A stretch of 64,000 bases of DNA from Trichodelitschia bisporula (taxonomy: Eukaryota). Shown here piece by piece: positions 1 through 11,526 of the stretch. Numbering within the stretch: position 1 is the stretch's first letter; every line of letters begins with the position of its first letter. The stretch covers positions 216,323 through 280,322 of the forward strand of contig ML996699.1 of assembly GCA_010356995.1 (NCBI GenBank), written 5' to 3'. Below the pieces are notes generated by a model. It made no database searches, was not told the DNA's origin, and saw only the letters and a program-made list of their open reading frames with translations. The translations under genes were made by a program, and so were the position numbers.

Positions 1-1564
1 CGTGGCGATAGACGCATCTACCCACATCTCTTAGCAAGAATAGGGAGAACCCAGCGCTTCATTCGTCCGAGTAGCATGCCTGTGAGAATGGGAAGAAGGG
101 TCCGAGCCACGGAGTCTGCAATAACAGACGGACAATTGGACCGGGGCGATGTGGCGATGTGGCGAGAATGGCCGTTAGTTTAAGCGAGTAAAAAGCTTTT
201 GCTCCTCTATGTGAGCATATGTGTATATTGAAAACGCCTAGATCGCCTGCCGCAGATGTGGGAGGGGGTGTCTTGGCAGGACAAGCAGTCACGGACTCGT
301 CAGACCAGATAATCGCTGAAGAGGTTACCCCAGTCCCAGGTTCATTGGGCATGACAGGCCGGATGCGGGCTTCGACTCACTTTCCACGGAAGGATGCAAC
401 AATCTAGAACGTCGAGAGTGGTGGGAGATCGGATGAGCCAAGGTGTATATACTACGGCAGACTCCGGCGGATGCGCGGCGGGGTAGAAAGATCGTAGTGG
501 AAATTTGCGGCCACATGCCATTTCAGCACGTACCAAAGCTAGGCGGGTATTCTGGATAAGCGAGAACCTTGGGGAGACTTCTAGGTGACCGACATGCGCT
601 TGAGATGTTGAGGGCAGGACGGAGGAAGCTGGACCGGATGGCGATACGTCTCCCGTGGATACTAGTTCTAACCCAGAATCCCTAGCGGAACACCGTCACA
701 AATAGCAACCCTAACCATCCTCTCGACATCCTGGCTACGGTAGAGCCGCTTGGAGATGGCATCCAGAATGAAGAAGAGAAAATTGCTGAGGTTGTCGAGG
801 AGTCAAGAGGGACAGAGGCGAGGTCCAAGCACGTTGTTGCCAATTGATATGGTCCAAGACAAGCCCCACGTCGATGCGAGGCAGGCCTAATATGTTTCGT
901 CCAATAGGACCATCACAGCCCAAGCCTCCGGTAAACGAACCTCTCAACTCCCTTCAGCCTAAGAGCGGAGAGGGAGACAAGGACGCATTGTGGCATCGTA
1001 CCTGTGATCCTCAGAATCCTCAATATGAGGGAAAGCCTTATACGGCCTTGCATTCCCGGCATCTCCCATTGCTCTCCAAAGCCAAAGCTAAGACAAGCTC
1101 TTTGGCTCCGCCCCAGGTTGGTAGCAATGTAACTCGCGTCCCTGCGTCCCCTAAAAGAGGGTGGAGAGAACGCTACGATCTGTCCAACCTTATCAAAACG
1201 ATCATCTCTAAGAGTGTCACTTGCCCTTCTCGCTACACGCTCGTTCGGAACAACTAACCGAATCTCTTCCACGCCGTTGGCCTGTCCAGTGAGCATCTCA
1301 CTTACCCCCTAGGCGGCCAATTCACAAACCCCTGGACGTCCACCGTATGCGCGGAAATGCAGGTACCATATGGCCGTTAATTAAAGAACCGTTGAGTTTG
1401 CGAGAAGGGAACGCGTGGACGGCAGCGCCGCCCCATTGCCCAGCTGGACGCAAATACGCAAAATATAACAGAGTAGTGAGCCGCCAGTTGTTGACAGTTC
1501 CCCGCACTGCGTTCCGAAACAAGGCCCTCGATTATTTCCTCGTGTGCGTCGCATGATAGGCGTC

Positions 1565-3653
1565 ATGGCGAGGCTCAGCCAGGCGCGTGGTATGACCAGA
1601 CTCGTCCGGTGGCTCTGGATCGCCGCCATCTGCTCATCATCCCTATTGGCCACTGCCCGGCCCGAAGACACCTTTGCATTTTCCGCCGAGGCCATCGAGG
1701 CCGCCGCAAGGGCAGAGGCCGTCGACAACCGTGACCTAGGGAACATTGTCCTGCCGGAGAACGACACCTTCTACACGGCACCGTCGGGTTTCGAGAAGAC
1801 CGCTCCGGGTACTATCTTGCGCTCCCGGCCGGTGCCAAACCCGCTTACCATCAACAACAAGGACGCCATCAACGTGAAGGGAGCATGGCAGATTCAGTAC
1901 CGTACCCAGAACAGCGTGGGTGAGCCGGAAGCCGCCGTCATGACGGTGTTGGAGCCGTACAATGCCAAGAAGAATAGCTTGTTGGTCTACCATTACTTCA
2001 CGGTACGTCCAGCTCAGATATGCTGATACGATGACGCTCGTTGCTAACCGGTGTTGAAGGATTCGTCCTATGGCGGGTAAGCGCATCCACCCTTGCCCAT
2101 TTAGGCATCTGTCTTACATGCACAGTTGCGCGCCGTCGATCGCCTTGCAAGTTGGCAACCGACAGGACAATACCTATGTCCAGCTCCAGTCCCTCATCGT
2201 CGTCGCTGCTCTGAGCCAAGGGTGGTACGTCAGCGTCGCTGACGATGGGGGTCCTCAAGCAGCTTTCGGTATGATCTCCATGAGATTAGGTCAACCACCT
2301 AACGAGAATCAGGCTCCGGCCTCCAAGCAGCATACGCCACGCTGGACAGCATCCGCGCCGTGAAGCAGTCTGGCAACATTACCGGACTCAATCCCGATCC
2401 CATTACGACGATGTATGGGTACTCGGGTGGTGCATTGACCGGTAGTTGGGTACGTCGATCTCGGTGATTCGGGCTGAGAACTGACGCTGTTAGACGACGG
2501 AAATGCATCCGCTCTATGCCCCAGAACTGAAAATCCACGGCGCAGCACTGGGTGGAAATATCCCTAATATCACGGCATTGGTACGGACCTTCAACAAGGG
2601 CGACCGTGCCAGCTTTGGACCTCCAATCATTTTGGGGATGTCGCATGACTACAAGAACCTCTCGGACTGGCTGAAGGAGAACGTCATACCAGGTCAAGAG
2701 GCGGCGCTTCGAAAGGCTGACTACCAGTGCTTTGACTCCAATGAAGCCTATGCTCGGACGGAGTTGGGCATATACTTCAAGCGCACGTACCAGTCGCTGA
2801 TGGACGATCCCGTCCCTCAAAGCGTATTTTACTGGGGTGGTAGGTGATCATTGCATTGGAGTCCTGGGCTTCAACTGACGAAGTTAGGCGTCCAGGGATT
2901 GCGCGCAGTTCCCAAAGTGCCTTGGTATCTTTACGAGGTATATATATCTGCGCTGAGTTAGAGGCTACGCTAACACGTACATAGACAATCTGGGATGACG
3001 CGTCACCTGTGGAGCTCACCGACAGACTCGTCGAAAAGTACTGCGCTGCCGGACACAGCATCTATGTTTGTGGCTTCCCCTACGTTGAGTGCATCGACTG
3101 ACGTGAATAGTATGAGCGGAATCACCAGAAGCTGAATCACAGCGAGGAGTGCATCGCAGGACTTCCCGGCGCTTTTGCCTGGCTAAGAGACCGCCACAAC
3201 GGAATTCCCATCACGCTTGGTTGCAAGACCGTCCAAGTGGATCAGCCATTCTGGGGAGCGCTGACCGATAAGGGCGGCTTATTGTTGCGCGGCTTGCTGG
3301 ACGGATTCCTCGCATATCTGGGGCTTCCGGTCGGGCCGGGGTTGTCGCTAACGGCTCCGAAGCTCAAGCCTGCGCCCGCTGTTTCGGCAGTGCCAGCGGC
3401 GGCTCCCAAGGCACCCAGCGCACAAGGAACCTTACCCAGCTTGCCCAAAGCAGCTACCGGACAAAGGCCAGCACCAAAGGCGACTGCACCAAAGGCTGTT
3501 GCTCCCAAGGCGATTGCTCCAAAAGCAGCTGCATCAAAGGCGGCGGCTCCAAAGGGAACAGTTGCGAAGGGGGCCACGGCTCCAAAGACGCCCAAGGCGC
3601 CAAAAGGAGTTGGCTTCAGCTTTGATGGAGACGGGCTGGACGTGTATGAATAG
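1565..3653 (+). CDS. Secreted lipase, LIP family (Candida antarctica lipase A-like), 8 exons, with an Ala/Pro/Lys repeat tail
   Basis: Hydrophobic signal-like N-terminus (WLWIAAICSSSLLATA). Family motifs FYTAPSGFEKTAPGTILRSR, AWQIQYRT, CAPS and GWYVSVADDGGP. Nucleophile motif GYSGG near 2418, with candidate catalytic Asp (TIWDD) and His (LNHSEE). Seven GT-AG introns splice in frame. The start could be 1553, 1565 or 1592. Confidence 0.9.
3460..3610 (+). repeat. Coding repeat with roughly 15-nt period, (AxAPK)n, in the lipase C-terminus
   Basis: Translation PAPKATAPKAVAPKAIAPKAAASKAAAPKGTVAKGATAPKTPKAPK; recurring gcTCCAAAg-like units in the DNA. Confidence 0.85.
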
Positions 3654-4571
3654 TATGCATATAGAGGAATTCCAGTTGGGGATCAATAGATGCATAGAGA
3701 GGATATTCCCAATGCTTGGGACACCACAGACTACGCTTCCATTGCGGACATGAGAGTCGTGCCTGCTTCATGCCGCTCCGCTTTCAGTAAGTCGGCTTGG
3801 TAAACGGGATGCACACATAGTGTTGACGGGTGGCTGACATGGTGAAGACGGCTTGTAAAGATGTGCCTTGAGGAAATGGAGTTGGAACATCCGTTCACCC
3901 AGTTGCAATGAGAAGATGTTTGTCGATATATGTCAGTCCAACTTGACGCAATGACTTGTCTCAGCAATGACGCTGAATGATAAACACGTGACAAATTTAA
4001 GCCTGGTTGCCGCCTGCCTCTGGTCCTAGAAATGGCTGGATAGAGATTCGAAAGAGGCTGGCATGGAGCACTGGAAGTGCGATCCGAAACAGATGGTGGA
4101 ATGAACGAGTCGGGACGAATGGCAAGTGCAGTGTGCAGAATAATTCCCACTACAACTTCCCAAAGAGAATGATCGCGATGCATCCAACTCTAAGGACTGC
4201 AACAGCAGAAGAGTGAATGATCAGGTTCATTGTTTTGGAGGAGTTTGATGTGGTCGACCAGTGACTTTCGTTGCTGTTGCCGTGGAGCCTGAACGCCATT
4301 GGCCTTTTCTTGCCTAGCGGCTGGCTTGCACGGGCCTTGTGGACAAGTGCCCCGGCGGACAAACAAAAGCTCGCGAACCTGGTTAACGTCCAAGTCGCCA
4401 ACCACCTTTCTCCTCCCCCTCACAAAGCCGTGTGTACCTCCACCCACTCACACGTACCTCCTCCTCCTCGCCACTTCTCTCCCCTTCCTTTCTGCTGCTG
4501 CTGTAGAGGTGCTGCCGCTTTCAACCCTCTCCTTTATCTCTGTCAATTTAATCCTCCTGCCATGCTCTAGT

Positions 4572-4580
4572 CACGCGAAA
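4572..4580 (+). promoter_or_regulatory. Possible SCB/MCB-like G1/S element (CACGCGAAA) upstream of the Dbf4 orthologue
   Basis: Matches the CRCGAAA consensus about 130 nt before the ATG of a G1/S gene. Single copy, could be chance. Confidence 0.25.
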
Positions 4581-4711
4581 GGATCGCCCATCTCGACGTG
4601 TCGACCTCCAACCCGTCGCGTGGTGGACCCTCATCGTGGACCCCTCCCAAAACACCAGCCTCTCACCCCACCCTCTACCATACTTCCGCTCGGCCTAGAT
4701 CGAGTCTGGGT

Positions 4712-6716
4712 ATGGCGACTCTGAGGGTTCCTCCGTCCCCTCAACCGCCTTCCAACATGGCTCATCACCGTGTCCCATTGACCACACTCGCGAATGGTCC
4801 CAATTCACCGTTTCGAAGCAATGCGATTACTAACGTCAAGCGATCTCGCACGCAGACCACTGTCACCTTGGACGGATCCCTCGACAACCAACCGCCGCAG
4901 AAGAAGCAGGCTATCGCGTATGGTGAAAATGAATCACGTCGCCCCGCCGTGCTCAGGAAGGGGACATACCAGTCTGTCACGAAGGCTGCCGACGCGTTGA
5001 ACGAAACGAAGCCGACAAAGCAGGTTGATAAGGGGAGCAAGAGAGAACAGGACAACATGGAGAGCATACGGCAGTGGAAGCGTCATTACCGCAAGGTTTT
5101 CCCGCAGATCGTCTTCTTCTTCGAGGGCATCCCGAAAGACGTGCATGCGAGGATTTCGCGTCAGATCCTGACCCTTGGAGCGGTACGTACTAAACTGCAA
5201 CTGGTTGGCTGTTCCTAATATTCTGCAGCGCGAGGAAATCTTCTTCTCCAACAAGGTCACCCACGTTGTTACCACGCGGGATATTCCACCCGAGTCAAGC
5301 ACGTCAAATACGGGATCTGCGCATTCAGAGGCACGCCTCCACGAGCAGACGAAAACCATTAACCCGTCCCTGCTGGAAACGCAGTCCCGCAACAAGTTTT
5401 CCTTCGAAAGCGCGCTCGCCCGTCGACAGGCATCCGCTGCCGGGGTTACGTATGTGTCTCAGCACCTTTCAGTTTACTTGCGCTAACTGCATAGAACACG
5501 TCTTGAAAATGGCATTGTCCGCAAGCAAGTCGACGTTCTTCACAAAGCGAGGGAAATGGGGATGAAGATCTGGGCCCTTGAAAAGCTTGATCGCATGCTA
5601 TCCACCTTGTTCAACACAGACACTGAGGATGCACCTCTGCCGCAAACCCGCACACAGTCTGCCACCGCTAAGTCACGCGATGGCCTGGCGCAAATGTTGC
5701 ACCGGGAGACCCAACAGGCAACCAACAATGTGGACTGGGCATGCGACATGGTCAACTTTAGAGGCTACTACCTCTACGTCCATGACATGGACGAGCAGAC
5801 GCGCCCTGCCATGATTCGGGAGTACTCGCGCGCAGCGCAGAAAGAGCAAGGAAAATGGCCGCAGCTTCGCGTAACCTCTCCTGGCAGATGCCCCTTCCTC
5901 GACGAGCCGCGGAGCAGGGTGTTAGAGAACCAGGCTGCGGAGAAGGCTCGTGAGGAGGCCAAGACGATTGCTAGCAGAACGCGTGCCGCGTCTGCTGCTC
6001 TCCAGGCCCACCGGCCACTGGCCGAGAATAATAATCTGGCTACCCGTCGGGCGACGTCCACTCAAGAGTCGTTCGCGCAGCCCAAGCCCGGCCCGATTCA
6101 GCGGACCAGCACCGATACTCTTCCGCCGTTTGGCTCGATGCCAGTGAATACACGTGTCGTGTCGCGTTACGGCGGCGAGCCGACCGCTTCTGGTATGCAA
6201 CCGTCGAACATCACCTCGGCAATCCGCTCGCAAATGATTTCCTCGACGGCTCCGGGCATGGGCCACAAGGCTGCGTCTAAGGAGATGAATCAGCTCAAGC
6301 GCAAAGTCTTGGAGCGGAACAGCTCTGCGACCACTACGTCGTTCCTTGCTGACGCGAGGGCCGGTCTCGGTGACGATGCTGGTGCATCGCGGCCCAGCAA
6401 GCGCAAGGCGGAAGCTTTGGAAGGCATTGCCGAGGAGGAGGTCATCGATGTGGCGAATGAGGTGCGGCCGAAGCGTAGGGTCGTCACGCGCAAGAGGAAG
6501 CAGGACAAGGAAGCGAAGCCGGGTTACTGTGAGAACTGTCGGGCTAAGTTCGATGACTTTGAAGAGGTCAGCTTATTCCTGATCATTGTGATACAGTACT
6601 GACATTAATAGCACATTGCTTCGCGTAACCACCGCAAGTTCGCCTTGGCTCAAGAGAACTGGCGTGAGCTCGACTCGCTTCTCGAACAACTGGTACGCCC
6701 ATTGAGGGACGAATAA
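4712..6716 (+). CDS. DBF4: Dbf4/Dfp1/Him1 (NimO) regulatory subunit of Cdc7 kinase, 4 exons
   Basis: Motif N (IRQWKRHYRKVFPQIVFFFE...LGA/REEIFFSNKVTHVVTTR), motif M (YLYVHDMDEQTRPAMIREY...WPQLR) and a C-terminal DBF zinc finger (KPGYCENCRAKFDDFEE/HIASRNHRKFA). Stop TAA at 6714-6716 after the last intron. Confidence 0.93.
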
Positions 6717-6766
6717 TTTTTGTACACCTGCATACCTCTTGGGCTTTGCATCTCATCATCTGATCC

Positions 6767-6805
6767 GCACCCGATTTTGGTCCTGCACCCGATTTTGGCT
6801 CTGCA
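6767..6805 (+). repeat. 18-bp tandem duplication in the Dbf4 3' region
   Basis: gcacccgattttggtcct / gcacccgattttggctct / gca. Confidence 0.85.
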
Positions 6806-7671
6806 TCACCCACAACTAACGCTTTTATGATAAGTCTGATAGGGAAGAGAGTGATGGGCATGAGAACGTTGATGGTGGCTTGTGGCCTTCAACAGAGGCG
6901 AGAACCTCACCTGATGCGGTGTCCATCCCTGATATGCCTCCAACGAAGCGGCGGAAGAAGACGAGCTGGAAAGCGGCTGCCCGTGTTACCACGGTTGAGT
7001 GGCTTGTGAAGCATGTCCCTTGTACGCGTTAATGGTCATTTCTCGGGGTTCTTTGCTCGCGGGGTATGTCATCGGTCATGTTACGAGTTTGAACTGGGTA
7101 GGCTTCGGTTATGCTCATGGTTGCATATGTCTGGGTGGACTGCTGCCTGTGTTCTGCTGTATTTATGCTCTGCGGCTGTACATATTCACGGACTGCACGC
7201 TTTTGTATGGCATCGGAAGCAAGGGGAAGGAGGCGCTTTGACAGTTGGCGTACTTTTGCTATGGCAGCATTTGTGGTGGCGCATTTCTTCACCGGGAAAA
7301 GGGGACAACGGGGACGAGGGGAAGGAGTTTTGGGGGCCAGAGGGGGAACAACGCTTTTGCTGCATTTTCCGCAGCATCTGTACTTTAGCACTGGGGAGAA
7401 GCTTGTATGAATTGAACAGTGAACAAGACTTGCGGCTCAACCTGCAATATGAGGGGGACTGCAGTGGAGTGATCGGCACCAGGTCGGGGTAGATCCGAAG
7501 CCAAAAAGCAACAGGGCGTCCCCCAACGGCTTCTGACAACGGTAGGCTACCGCTACCCCTCCAACCGTCATCACCATCAACCCCGCCCTGCACTGCCCCG
7601 CAGCTACCACCTGTACCCGCACAAGCAAACGTCAGCAGCAAACGCTATTCACCGCGATAAAGGCAGCCACC

Positions 7672-8276
7672 ATGTCCTCCCCTCCGCCCCCCGCCTCTCC
7701 TCGTCCCGACCCCGCCATCTCGCGCAGCTCCACCCCCGCCAGCCCCTACCCCGCAGAAACAGCCACGCCCCCCGCCGTGCCCATCCCGGACGACAACGAA
7801 GGCGCAGAGTTGCCGCTCACGATGGCGGCGAGTGTGGTCCTCACGGCGCTGCCGCGGGATACGCGTGCTGCGTTGCAGGGCGCGGGGGATGTTGGGGTTG
7901 AGAAGGGTGAGTCCGGCTTGCACATTCCCAGATGGTGTGGATGATGCTAACCGGGGGCGCTGTAGTCACGATCCGCTTCCAGCCTGCGCACTCTGCGCCG
8001 GCGTTAAGGCAGAAGGTGTTCAAAATCAGCGCGGCGCAGAGGTTCGAAACGGTGGTACGGTTTTTGCGGAAGAAGCTTGGGACGAAGGAGAGTGAGAGTG
8101 TGTTTTGTTATGTGAACTCTGTGTTTGCGCCGCGGTTGGATGATGCGGTTGGGAATCTTTGGAGGGTGAGTTTGGCCCCTGGTGGTGGGTGGGGTGTTGC
8201 TGATGGGTGTGTGTAGTGCTTTAAGGTTAAGGATGAGTTGGTGATTGCTTATGCTATGAATCCGGCGTACGGATGA
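7672..8276 (+). CDS. ATG12: Ubiquitin-like autophagy protein Atg12, 3 exons
   Basis: [24 protein letters not shown]...[40 protein letters not shown]-terminus reads YAMNPAYG* with a terminal Gly. Confidence 0.95.
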
Positions 8277-8520
8277 GCGAATACAGCGTGGGATGGGAAG
8301 GATGGGCCGGCGAGAACCTATGAGTTTGAGTTCAAGTTGAGTGGGCAGAACCGAGTAGGTCACTCCGGCAGCAGCATACTGGACAACTGAAGACCAAGAC
8401 ATTAGACGGGCATTCATATCGCTACGCCTATCTAAGCAAAAGGCCACCATAATGCAGCAATCCTAACCAACACCAAGAACGAAGAGGGTATATCGAAAAT
8501 CCACATCGCTAACCCGCCGC

Positions 8521-9639
8521 TCAACTCGTTTCCGCAATCACACGCTCAAACTCCTTCACATCCTCCTCCTTCATCGGATAAGTGTGCTCCCGAGCAGGGT
8601 ACTCGCCCGCCTTAACTTCGTTCTTGTACTGCTCGATCGCCCGCAAGCTCTCACCCCACACATTCCCGTACTGCTTCACAAACTTCGGGATGTATCGCCC
8701 GGGCGGGAAGTTCCCAGCCATGTCCACCTGCACGAGCACCTGCCCGCTGCACCCCTTGCCCGCACCAATGCCAATTGTCGGTATGCGCAGCTTCTCCGTT
8801 ACTACCCGGGCGACATCCTCAGGCACCGCTTCAAGCACTACACCAAAGGCACCGGCCTCCTGTACGGCACGCGCATCGGCCAGCAGATCCAACGCGCCGG
8901 CTACACTCTTGCCCTGCACACGGAAGCCACCGAGGGCGTTTTGGCGCTGCGGCGTGAGACCGACATGGGCGAGAACAGGAATACCAGCCGCGGTGAGGCG
9001 CGCGATAGTCGGGGCCATGGAGCGGCCGCCCTCCAGCTTGATAGCATGCACGCGGCCCTCCTTGACCATACGTATCGACGAGGCGAGTGCTTGTTCAGGT
9101 GATATTTCATAGCTGCCCATAGGGAGGTCACCGACCTAACGTGGCGCGTTAGCGGGAACGTGGGGTAGTGTGGGGTGCATATGCGGGTCGATTGCGCAAT
9201 GCACGAATGCACAGGCGCACCCGCCCAGACAGCGTAGGGAAGCGCATACAATAAAAGCGCTCTGCGTCGCGCGCGCCACGGCGCGACAGCACATGAGCAT
9301 TTCATCCAGTGTCACTTCGCTCGTGTCCGCGAGCCCTAGCCCGACCATCGCGAGGCTGTCCCCCACGAGCACCATGTCTACGCCGGCGTGATCGGCGACG
9401 TGCGCTGAGGGGAAGTCGTAGGCTGTTAGCATGACGATGGGCTCGCGCTTTTTGTACATGCTGCCTAGGGTGGTGAGGGTGATTTTTTTGCGAGGCGAGG
9501 CGGGGGGGGTGCCCATGGGGGAGTGGGAGGAGTGGCGTATGGTGGTTGTGGTTGGGGGGGTTGCGCATGGCTTGGGAGGGAGGGCGGTGAGACGGCGGCG
9601 GGAGAGGGGTGCGATGGTTTGGAGGAGGGCACGCGACAT
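8521..9639 (-). CDS. panB: Ketopantoate hydroxymethyltransferase (3-methyl-2-oxobutanoate hydroxymethyltransferase) with mitochondrial-type presequence, 2 exons
   Basis: MLTAYDF, LVGDSLAMV, DLPMGSYE, IKLEGG, HVGLTPQ, PTIGIGAG, GQVLV. One intron at about 9136-9249. Yeast orthologue is ECM31. Confidence 0.96.
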
Positions 9640-10771
9640 GGCGACGGTTTTGAGTGAGGATGTTCAAGGCGGGATGGGGATAGGGAGCGATCGCGGCGAC
9701 GACGAGGTGTAGTACGGTGTTGAGGTGGGATCGGGGGTCGCGGTGCAGACTATGACGGTCTGTGGAGAAGAAGAGCCGAACGGAAAGGATTCGAAAGGCA
9801 TTGTGGGCGAGCGGGGGCCTTTTTGACGGGATTGAAGGGGTGGTATGTGGTTTGCGCTGTAGAGCTCGTTCTGGTTGCTTCACTTTCGGCGAGGAATTTG
9901 TCGAGCTGCGCCTTGGGCTGGGGATCAGCCGGAGGAGGAGCTGCTTTGATCCGAGGTTCGAGGAGCTTGTGGCGGTGCACTTGCTTACCCTCCACGCCTT
10001 CTCAACGGTCAACCCGCAAGCAAGGGTATTCGGATGCAGGCTGTCACGGCTGTCACTCGGGGGGCGAAGATGAGGGCCGGTACGCTTTCAGGCACTGCCT
10101 GTCGGCTTCTCTGAGCCAGAAAGTTGATGACCAGCCGATCCTCTGCTTTCTTCTCTTTGTCTTTCCTCTTGTCGCGCTTCACCGAACACAGCACTGTTGC
10201 CTTCAAAGTTGCATCTTCACCAAGCGTATGTACTTGGTTCGCCCGTCCTCGCATGGTTTCTTGCGCACTTTACCGGGTCTCCCGTAAGCCGCGGCGAACC
10301 GCCCCATGTGCCGTGGCTCACGTTAACTTCGGGTATCTGTCGGCGTGTTTGCCGGGTAACCTGTCTGACTTCCGTCACGAGACAGCAGCCATCACGCATC
10401 CGGAGGCGAATGACAGCTAACATAGCGATGACTACATCCGTACACAGGTGCAGTAAAGGTTCTTTAGCTGTGTCTAACAGTCAGAATAGTTGTCCTTTCT
10501 TCATGGTCTAGTTCTGGATCATAATCGACTTTTATCATCTCATAGTCGGCGAATCTGAACTTCCAATTCCGACGTCACGTCCACACCGTTGTAAGGTACA
10601 GGACATGCAGCGACGCGCAAGAGTTCTCCACACGTACGTAGACCCAGGGAATTATATTTCTACTGCAACTCCAATCGGGTATATAGAGGGCGGCTCGACC
10701 AAACCCCTCGCCATGCCAAACGGAACCGTTCCCTACTCTGAACCAGCCCTGCCAGCAAGGCTGAAGCAGTC

Positions 10772-10799
10772 GTAATCCAGTACGGAGGTAATCCAGTAC
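10772..10799 (+). repeat. 12-bp direct repeat in the panB/UBC8 divergent intergenic region
   Basis: gtaatccagtac-ggag-gtaatccagtac. Confidence 0.75.
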
Positions 10800-11526
10800 A
10801 CAGCACGCAGGGCCAACAGAGACAGTTCCTTAAATTGAGGGGAAATAATTCAGCTTCGACGTTGTTATTGTGCCTTCTCTGAACCAGGTAGGCCTTACTC
10901 TAGCTGCACAAATTTGAGATTCATAATGTGGTGGCGACCGTTTGAGCCTTCTGCCGACTCCCACGATAACTAGCAACCAGTGTACACTCCACTGGAGTCT
11001 AGTTCTAGGGCCTCAGGCAAAGGTCAGATATTGAAGGTGAATTTAGTAAGGGTGACTGAGTAGATTGCGGTGCTTGCCAGCTCAACTCCTTCACCCCACC
11101 AGCTTGTCGATGAGGCCTCATGCGCCACGCCACATTCAACCTGGCGGTTGCCAGCGCGGGGCCTAGCTGTCATCCCCGCTGCCCCGGTCGCGGCCACTCC
11201 TGCCAACTCCACAGCCCGCATCTCGATGTGAACGTCCTCCTCCTTTCACTCCCTCTACTTAAGCTCTTTTTCACGCTGTTGTTGTTGAGTTTTTTTGCCT
11301 TTTACAATAGCATCTTGCTTTTTTGCGCCTTAGCCGTTGCCGTACTATTCCCGCGCTCCGAACAAAGCCATCCAGCACCCCGCACTTCCGCCTTTAACCG
11401 CATCGCCATCATCAAGCTTGTCGCCCCCCAACTGTTGCCGCCGAGTGTCTTTATGCACTACGTAGCGCCTGCTATCCCAGATTACAACACACTTTCTGCG
11501 TTTTAGCGTTCAACAAGCGGTCCAAA

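Noticed and set aside
60..560. Minus-strand splice signals (GTGAGT near 382, ACTAAC at 174-179, CAG at 116-118) as a TPP-riboswitch intron
   Set aside because: No TPP aptamer core (CUGAGA...GAUAAUACCAGCG-like) was found. At most this is a UTR intron of a gene outside the window.
707..716. AACCCTAACC, a telomere-template-like 10-mer (similar shorter matches at 48962-48969 on + and 59963-59971 on -) as a telomerase RNA candidate
   Set aside because: About one such 10-mer is expected by chance in 64 kb over both strands. There is too little room before the next gene for a typical Pezizomycotina telomerase RNA at 707 or 59963, and I could not identify pseudoknot or CR4/5 elements at any of the three sites.
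8268..8276. Atg12 ending in YG rather than the usual FG
   Set aside because: This is a conservative aromatic substitution and the conjugating terminal Gly is intact.
10270..10300. Minus-strand acatgggg...ggcttac resembling the RNase MRP/P P4 3' strand
   Set aside because: The motif is interrupted and I found no matching upstream GAAAGUCCCC-type strand.
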